Source: an uncultured delta proteobacterium (lineage in GTDB: Bacteria > Desulfobacterota > Syntrophia > Syntrophales > UBA2185). Taken from it: 64,000 nt of DNA. Below the pieces are notes generated by a model. The model saw only the letters and a list, made by a program, of their open reading frames with translations. It searched no databases and was not told the DNA's origin. This document shows, piece by piece, positions 58,115-64,000 of this stretch. The position numbers and the translations under genes were made by a program. Position 1 is the first letter of the stretch. Every line of letters begins with the position of its first letter. The DNA lies in assembly GCA_963729715.1 (NCBI GenBank), contig CAVSPA010000005.1, positions 192,001-256,000 on the forward strand, read 5' to 3'.

Positions 58115-59353
58115 TTGATAAACGCCATCGTAACAAGAAAGGCAAAACAGGAATTTGCCAGACTGATGAAATTTGAAAACGGAGGGTCACCGGTCACGGA
58201 TTCCGGCAGCTTAAAGAAACTGCCTCTTCTGTATATTCACATCCCCTTCTGCGAGAAGCTATGTCCCTACTGTTCCTTCCACCGTGTCGTCTTTGACAGC
58301 GCCCTTTGTCGCGATTATTTCAGGGCCTTAAGGAAGGAAATCATGCTCTATAAAGGCAAGGGCTATGATTTCAGCGGCATCTACGTGGGAGGAGGAACAC
58401 CGACCATTCTCGTAGAAGAGCTCGAAGAGACGCTGAAGCTCACGCGGCAATGTTTCTCCATTCAGCAGATATCCGTAGAGACAAACCCGAACCATCTGAC
58501 AGATGAAACTATCTCCGCCCTCAAGCGCACCGGCATAAACCGGCTTTCCGTCGGAGTCCAAAGCTTTGACGATCAACTGCTTCGGGATATGGATAGATAT
58601 GACAAGTACGGAAGCAGCGAGTCCATAATTAACCGGCTGTCGCAGACCCTAGGGCAGTTTGATACCCTCAATGCAGACATGATTTTCAATTTTCCTTCCC
58701 AGACCATGACCATGCTGGAGAAGGATCTCGACATTCTTACGGATATAGGGATAGACCAGATCACATACTACCCCCTCATGGTTTCAGATTCTACCCGTCA
58801 TGCCGTCGGTGAAAGGTTCGGGTATGTCGACTACGCAAAAGAGGAAAAATTTTACCATCGGATTACGGAACGGCTAATACCGGCATACCGCCACTCATCC
58901 GCGTGGTGCTTTTCAAAAAATGCCGCCATGATAGATGAGTACATTGTCGATTATGATGAATACGCCGGTATCGGGAGCGGGTCTATCGGCTATTTGAACG
59001 GTATATGCTATGCAAACACCTTCAATATTGTGGAATACATCTCGCAGGTCAACCGCGGTGAAATACCTATTATGGCCTCGCGATCCTTCCAGCTCAAGGA
59101 TCAGCTGCAATATGATTTCCTCATGAAGCTCTTCGGCATGAATATGGATATACCGGCATCGCAGGCGAAGTACGGCGGGATTTTTTATCGGGTTCTCTGG
59201 TTTAATATTCTTGCTTTTGTCCTTGCAGGTGCTTTACAGTATCGCTCATCCCGTCTTCGCCTGACAAAGCGGGGATGTTATCTCTGGGTAATCATGATGA
59301 GGGAATTTTTTATCGCTGTTAATAACTTTCGTGATTTTTGCCGGTCAAGATAG
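58115..59353 (+). CDS. menK: HemN-like class C radical SAM enzyme, probably menaquinone methyltransferase (MenK/MqnK-like)
   Basis: LYIHIPFCEKLCPYCSF, GGGTP, QITYYPLM, GIGSG and C-terminal MMREFF..VN..RD. Confidence 0.7.
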   Translation: MINAIVTRKAKQEFARLMKFENGGSPVTDSGSLKKLPLLYIHIPFCEKLCPYCSFHRVVFDSALCRDYFRALRKEIMLYKGKGYDFSGIYVGGGTPTILVEELEETLKLTRQCFSIQQISVETNPNHLTDETISALKRTGINRLSVGVQSFDDQLLRDMDRYDKYGSSESIINRLSQTLGQFDTLNADMIFNFPSQTMTMLEKDLDILTDIGIDQITYYPLMVSDSTRHAVGERFGYVDYAKEEKFYHRITERLIPAYRHSSAWCFSKNAAMIDEYIVDYDEYAGIGSGSIGYLNGICYANTFNIVEYISQVNRGEIPIMASRSFQLKDQLQYDFLMKLFGMNMDIPASQAKYGGIFYRVLWFNILAFVLAGALQYRSSRLRLTKRGCYLWVIMMREFFIAVNNFRDFCRSR

Positions 59354-59394
59354 TATTATAACCAGAAGACATCATATTTTTTCCGCATCGTCAC

Positions 59395-60825
59395 ATGACA
59401 AAACAAAAACTTGATGACCACAGAATGACATTATTGAGGGGCCTCCCCAAGATCGACGAGATAATACTCTCTCTCGAAAAAAAGGAGACACTTGCAGGAA
59501 CCCCGAAGTATGTCGTGAAGTCTATCTGCCGATCTGTCGTGGAAGAACTGAGGCAGGAGATCCTGAATACAAAGAAGGATGCAAAGGGAATGCGCCTGCC
59601 CACGGCGGGAGAGGTCAAAGATAAAGTCATGCAAATCATAGATGGGCTTCATCAGTACAGACTTCGCAAAGTAATAAATGCAACAGGCGTAATTTTGCAC
59701 ACCAACCTCGGCAGAGCGCCCTTGTGCGCCGATGCGCTGCAGAGACTCATGGAAATAGCCGGAGGATATTCGAATCTCGAATATGACCTTGCGAAGGGGG
59801 AGAGAGGCCTCCGTTATGACCATGTGCAGAAGATCCTCTGCGAGCTATCCGGTGCGGAAGATGCTTTAGTCGTCAATAACAATGCCGCTGCCGTTCTCCT
59901 TGCCCTCAACACCCTTGCGGAGGGGAAGCATGTTATTGTGTCGAGGGGAGAACTTGTGGAAATCGGAGGTGAATTCCGCATCCCGGATGTCATGGAAAAA
60001 AGCGGGGCATGTCTTTATGAAGTGGGAACGACCAACCGGACCCGCCTTAAGGACTATGAAAAAGCCATCGGCCCGGAAACGGCGCTCATCCTGAAGGTCC
60101 ACACGAGTAATTTCAGGATTATCGGCTTTACGGAAGATACGGATCTCGCCACACTCGTCGCCCTCGGAAAAAACTGCGGCATACCTGTGATATATGATCT
60201 CGGCAGCGGTTGTTTCGCAGAGCTGGACCGCTACGGCCTGGAGAGAGAACCCACGGTCCGCGATGTGCTGACAACGGGCGTCGGCGTCGTCACCTTCAGC
60301 GGCGACAAACTTTTAGGAGGCCCCCAGGCGGGCGTCATTCTCGGACAGAAAGACATTCTTGAGAAGATCAAGAAGAATCCCCTCAATAGGGCGCTTCGCA
60401 TCGACAAGTTGACCCTGGCCGCTTTAGAGGCGACATTGATGCAGTATCTGCAGCCCGAAATTGCCGTAAAGCGTCTCCGGGTTCTTATGGCATTGACGGA
60501 AGAACTCGCGGATGTCACCAAGCGATCCAGGAAACTTCTCTCCATGTTGAGAAAAGAACATTTTGCAGGACTCACCATCTCCGTGAAAAAAGGATTTTCC
60601 ATGTCAGGAGGAGGTTCCCTTCCCGCCCAAGAGATTCCCACAATGCTCCTCAGTATCGTTTCTACGCACATGTCGCCAAGCAGCCTTGAGGAACGTTTAA
60701 GGAGACTCGATGTTCCGATAATAGCGCGCATTGCAGAAGACGAGGTTCTCTTTGACATGAGAACCATACAGGAGGAAGAATTCCTATATCTAAGGGACGG
60801 GCTGAAAAAAATCACCTCATCATGA
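59395..60825 (+). CDS. selA: L-seryl-tRNA(Sec) selenium transferase
   Basis: INATGVILHTNLGRA, VNNNAAA, SRGELVEIGG and FSGDKLLGGPQAG. Confidence 0.97.
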   Translation: MTKQKLDDHRMTLLRGLPKIDEIILSLEKKETLAGTPKYVVKSICRSVVEELRQEILNTKKDAKGMRLPTAGEVKDKVMQIIDGLHQYRLRKVINATGVILHTNLGRAPLCADALQRLMEIAGGYSNLEYDLAKGERGLRYDHVQKILCELSGAEDALVVNNNAAAVLLALNTLAEGKHVIVSRGELVEIGGEFRIPDVMEKSGACLYEVGTTNRTRLKDYEKAIGPETALILKVHTSNFRIIGFTEDTDLATLVALGKNCGIPVIYDLGSGCFAELDRYGLEREPTVRDVLTTGVGVVTFSGDKLLGGPQAGVILGQKDILEKIKKNPLNRALRIDKLTLAALEATLMQYLQPEIAVKRLRVLMALTEELADVTKRSRKLLSMLRKEHFAGLTISVKKGFSMSGGGSLPAQEIPTMLLSIVSTHMSPSSLEERLRRLDVPIIARIAEDEVLFDMRTIQEEEFLYLRDGLKKITSS

Positions 60826-61811
60826 AAGATGAACCGATGGATTCTCAGGAACAAAAAAGCGATGAATTCATCGTTGCTTCTCATGAAGCGGGGTTGAGGC
60901 TTGACATCTATCTCTCCCTTAAGGATTTGGGTTTATCCCGCTCACAAGTGAAGAAGTCCGTAGATGACGGACTTGTCCGGGTGAACAGATTCCACAGCAA
61001 GGTGAGTTATAGGTTGCGGCCCGGAGATATTGTGGAGATCGATAAACGGGAACCAGTAGCCTGCCGTGCTTTACCGCAAGACCTTCCCCTGTCCATCGTT
61101 TACGAAGATCAGCATATCCTGGTGATTGACAAACCGGCAGGCATGGTTGTCCATCCGGCGGCAGGCTACTTTCAGGATACAATTGTGAATGCCGTCCTTC
61201 ACCATTGCCGGAACCTTTCCGGCATCGGCGGCGTCTTGCGACCGGGGATCGTCCATCGCCTCGACAAAGGAACTTCGGGATTGCTGATTGTGGCCAAATC
61301 TGATGAGGCGCACCAAGGTCTGGCCGGTCAGTTCAAGCGGCACGAAGTTGAAAAAACTTACATAGCCCTCGTCTACGGTAATCCCAAGGAAGATGAAGGC
61401 GCGATAGACTTGCCTGTGGGGAGGCATCCGGTTGATCGGAAGAAGATGTCTACGAGAAGCCGACACAGCAAAGAGGCGCTTACGACCTGGAAGGTGCATG
61501 AACGGTTCGGTGTCGCGACAATGTTGGATGTGAATATCATGACCGGAAGAACGCACCAGATCAGGGTTCACCTCTCCGCGCTCGGTCTTCCTGTGATAGG
61601 CGACAGCGTATACGGCAACCACAGGCGGGCCGACGCCGTTCACGACACCTTTGTGAGATCAAAGCTGAAAACAATGAAACGGCAGGCCCTCCATGCGGCA
61701 AAGATCGGGTTTGTCCATCCCGTTACCCGTGAGGATATGATGTTTTCATCTCCCCTGCCTGATGACATGGCGGCCCTCACGGATTTTCTCAGGAGACATT
61801 TGCAGGTATAA
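60822..61811 (+). CDS. rluD: RluA-family pseudouridine synthase with S4 domain
   Basis: S4 RLD; KPAGMVVHP, HRLDKGTSG and TGRTHQIRVH. Confidence 0.92.
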   Translation: MKDEPMDSQEQKSDEFIVASHEAGLRLDIYLSLKDLGLSRSQVKKSVDDGLVRVNRFHSKVSYRLRPGDIVEIDKREPVACRALPQDLPLSIVYEDQHILVIDKPAGMVVHPAAGYFQDTIVNAVLHHCRNLSGIGGVLRPGIVHRLDKGTSGLLIVAKSDEAHQGLAGQFKRHEVEKTYIALVYGNPKEDEGAIDLPVGRHPVDRKKMSTRSRHSKEALTTWKVHERFGVATMLDVNIMTGRTHQIRVHLSALGLPVIGDSVYGNHRRADAVHDTFVRSKLKTMKRQALHAAKIGFVHPVTREDMMFSSPLPDDMAALTDFLRRHLQV

Positions 61812-61814
61812 TCA

Positions 61815-62528
61815 ATGCATCTTAGGAGTATTACCATCAATCAGTCAAAATATCCTACCTACGACTATTACCCTTTCAATCTGCCCGTCTTTCAGAAGAC
61901 AAAGCGCATAACCTTAAATGCTCCCGTCACGTTTTTTGCGGGTGAAAACGGATCGGGAAAATCAACCTTGTTACAGGCGCTCTCCCGTTCATGCGGCATT
62001 CACATATGGCAAGAGACAGAAAGAACCAGCTATAATAATAATCCATATCAGAATAGATTCTGCGACAGCCTGACAATTGAATGGTCAAACGGCAAGGTGC
62101 CGGGCTCCTTCTTCGGTTCCGACATCTTTCATCACTTTACCGAAATCCTCGACGAATGGGCAGCGGCGGATCCCAGCCAGCTTGAGTATTTCGGCGGCAA
62201 ATCCCTGATCACCCAGTCTCACGGCGAGTCCCTCATGTCGTTTTTCAGGTCACGTTATCAAATCAAAGGCCTCTATCTGTTGGACGAGCCGGAGACGGCG
62301 CTCTCTCCCCGCAGTCAGCTCGTACTCCTTGAATTATTGACGCAGACGAGCGCCATGGATCATGCCCAATTCATTATTGCCACCCATTCCCCGATACTGC
62401 TTGCGTGTCCTCACGCTTTGATATACAGTTTTGATCACAGTCCTGCAAGACAAGTACTGTATGAAGAAACGGAGCACTATAAGATTTACCGTGCATTTCT
62501 CGAAAATAGGACCAATTACTTGAAGTAG
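61815..62528 (+). CDS. Stand-alone ABC/SMC-like ATPase (COG3910-type)
   Basis: GENGSGKS, QSHGE, LLDEPE.ALS and ATHSP. Confidence 0.88.
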   Translation: MHLRSITINQSKYPTYDYYPFNLPVFQKTKRITLNAPVTFFAGENGSGKSTLLQALSRSCGIHIWQETERTSYNNNPYQNRFCDSLTIEWSNGKVPGSFFGSDIFHHFTEILDEWAAADPSQLEYFGGKSLITQSHGESLMSFFRSRYQIKGLYLLDEPETALSPRSQLVLLELLTQTSAMDHAQFIIATHSPILLACPHALIYSFDHSPARQVLYEETEHYKIYRAFLENRTNYLK

Positions 62529-62574
62529 CCGGCCGAAAATATCATCATGTAATCCTCATCGGAAGAGTGCAAAC

Positions 62575-63294
62575 ATGAAAGATCAAGAAAAGACAAAAGA
62601 AGCGCTGATAAGAGAGAATAATGATTTGCGTGACCGCATCGCGGAACTGGAAAAATCGGACGCCGAGCGCGCGCAGGCAGAGGAGGCCCTCTCCAAGAGT
62701 CTGGAAAATTTGAAAAAGGCAACAGGCTTTATCATTGATGTCATAGTCATGGTTGTGGAAACACGGGACCCATATATGTCCGGACATCAGAAAAGGGTTG
62801 CCGACCTTGCCCGCTCTATTGCCGCGGAAATGAATTTATCGGAGGAGATCATTGACGGCATCGGTATGGCCGGCTTAATCCACGATGTGGGAAAGATATC
62901 CATACCGGCGGAAATCCTCGGACAACCCCGTCAACTCACTGACGTCGAATATAGTCTTGTGAAAACTCACCCTGAGATCGCCTATAAAATATTAAAGGAG
63001 ATAAATTTTTACAGGCCTGTTGCCCTGATCGTCTATCAGCATCATGAACGGATAAACGGCACCGGCTACCCGCAAGGCATCAAGGGAGAAGATATCCTTC
63101 CAGAGGCGAAGATCCTGGGAGTGGCCGATGTTGTCGAAGCTATATGCAGGCACCGGCCTTACAGGGCTGCATCGGGGATAGATAAGGCTTTGAAGGAAAT
63201 CTCCCAATACAGCGGTGTTCTCTATGACCCGGAAGTGGTTGAGGCCTGCACAAAGCTCTTCAGCGAAAAAGGGTTCAGATTTAAATCCCGTTAG
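62575..63294 (+). CDS. HD-GYP domain phosphodiesterase
   Basis: RDPY..GH, HDVGKI, HHERINGTGYP and HRPYR. Confidence 0.92.
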   Translation: MKDQEKTKEALIRENNDLRDRIAELEKSDAERAQAEEALSKSLENLKKATGFIIDVIVMVVETRDPYMSGHQKRVADLARSIAAEMNLSEEIIDGIGMAGLIHDVGKISIPAEILGQPRQLTDVEYSLVKTHPEIAYKILKEINFYRPVALIVYQHHERINGTGYPQGIKGEDILPEAKILGVADVVEAICRHRPYRAASGIDKALKEISQYSGVLYDPEVVEACTKLFSEKGFRFKSR

Positions 63295-63374
63295 AATTGA
63301 TAGATAGACGGATTAAAGGACGCGGCAAAGATGTTGCCTTTGCCGCGAAACTCACCATTGCAACCAATAAGCTA

Positions 63375-64000
63375 ATGTTTATTTTTTCAAAAAAAGGCCC
63401 CGTAGAGTATTTGGAAGCTGCGGCGCTCACGGCTTGCAATTTCGTGACCCATGCCTTTTGCACCCGGCGCGGAGGCGTCAGCGAGGGCAATTTTGTCAGC
63501 CTCAATTTCAGTCCGAAAGAGGGAGACAGCAAGGAGAACGTCCGCAGCAACTGGAATATTCTTGCCCACGCATTCAATCTCGAGGTGACGCAGTTTTTTG
63601 TAGTCAATCAGGTCCACGGGGAGAACATTCTCACTATTGATCGTCCTCTTGCGGACTTCATCGTTCCGGAACCGCCTCAATTCGATGCCATCATGACGGA
63701 TCAGCCGGGAGTTGCCATCGGCATAAAGACGGCGGATTGTGTGCCTGTTTTCTTTGTGGACAGGGTCAAGCGAATTATTGGAGTCGCCCATGCAGGTTGG
63801 CGGGGAACCGCTCTTGCTATTGCCGCAAAGTTAGTGGACGCGCTGATTGCAGGATTCGGCTGCCGTACAGAAGACCTTATCGCTGCAGTTGGTCCTGCTA
63901 TCGGACCATGCTGCTATCAGGTGGATAAGCCGGTTTTTGACGCCATGAAAACACACAAAGGCCGGGAGCCTTTCCTGTCCCCCGGCGGGGAGCGGGAAAA
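63375..64000 (+). CDS. pgeF: Peptidoglycan editing factor PgeF/YfiH (runs off window end)
   Basis: Not in the ORF track; hand-translated MFIFSKKGPVEYL...HAFCTRRGGVS...SLN...QVHG...TADCVP...HAGWRG...GPAIGPCCY. Confidence 0.9.
   Translation, partial: MFIFSKKGPVEYLEAAALTACNFVTHAFCTRRGGVSEGNFVSLNFSPKEGDSKENVRSNWNILAHAFNLEVTQFFVVNQVHGENILTIDRPLADFIVPEPPQFDAIMTDQPGVAIGIKTADCVPVFFVDRVKRIIGVAHAGWRGTALAIAAKLVDALIAGFGCRTEDLIAAVGPAIGPCCYQVDKPVFDAMKTHKGREPFLSPGGERE

Noticed and set aside
61815..62528. ATPase as part of an anti-phage system
   Set aside because: No adjacent nuclease, TOPRIM or effector gene, and the context is housekeeping.
75..63928. Many alternative ORFs in the track (e.g. 75-431, 2217-2921, 20806-21684, 35123-35890, 60231-60884, 63387-63791)
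   Set aside because: Antisense or off-frame shadows of well-supported genes, with no recognisable motifs.

Overview
Ordinary-looking chromosomal DNA from an anaerobic Gram-negative bacterium. Gene content suggests a Desulfobacterota/Syntrophales-like syntroph; that assignment is an inference. I found no rRNA, tRNA, CRISPR array, transposase or prophage. Left to right: a truncated HdrA/HdrL-like flavo-FeS gene coupled to a four-subunit 2-oxoacid:ferredoxin oxidoreductase; an aldehyde dehydrogenase; sigma54-driven amtB-glnK; a divergent MtnA-like isomerase and class II aldolase before dapF-dapL; a Csd6-like/Csd4-like peptidoglycan peptidase pair; a PAS-GGDEF protein; a hydratase-2/SCP2 fusion with an AMACR-like CoA-transferase; an OFA-family MFS transporter. 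An ~11.5 kb envelope island (21.9-33.4 kb) is bracketed by two copies of a divergent pal/marR pair and carries five copies of a shared 19-bp palindromic motif, a candidate undescribed MarR regulon and the best candidate for a new system here. After it come a group 3d-like [NiFe]-hydrogenase without adjacent HoxF/E, GAF-gap plus a convergent sigma54 two-component system with a secreted target, a class IB (YtpB-type) terpene synthase, gcvTH-PA-PB/lipA/lpdA, def, a MenK-like radical SAM, selA, rluD, an ATPase, an HD-GYP protein and truncated pgeF. Several intergenic regions hold long stem-loops. All calls are by motif recognition only; no searches were run.
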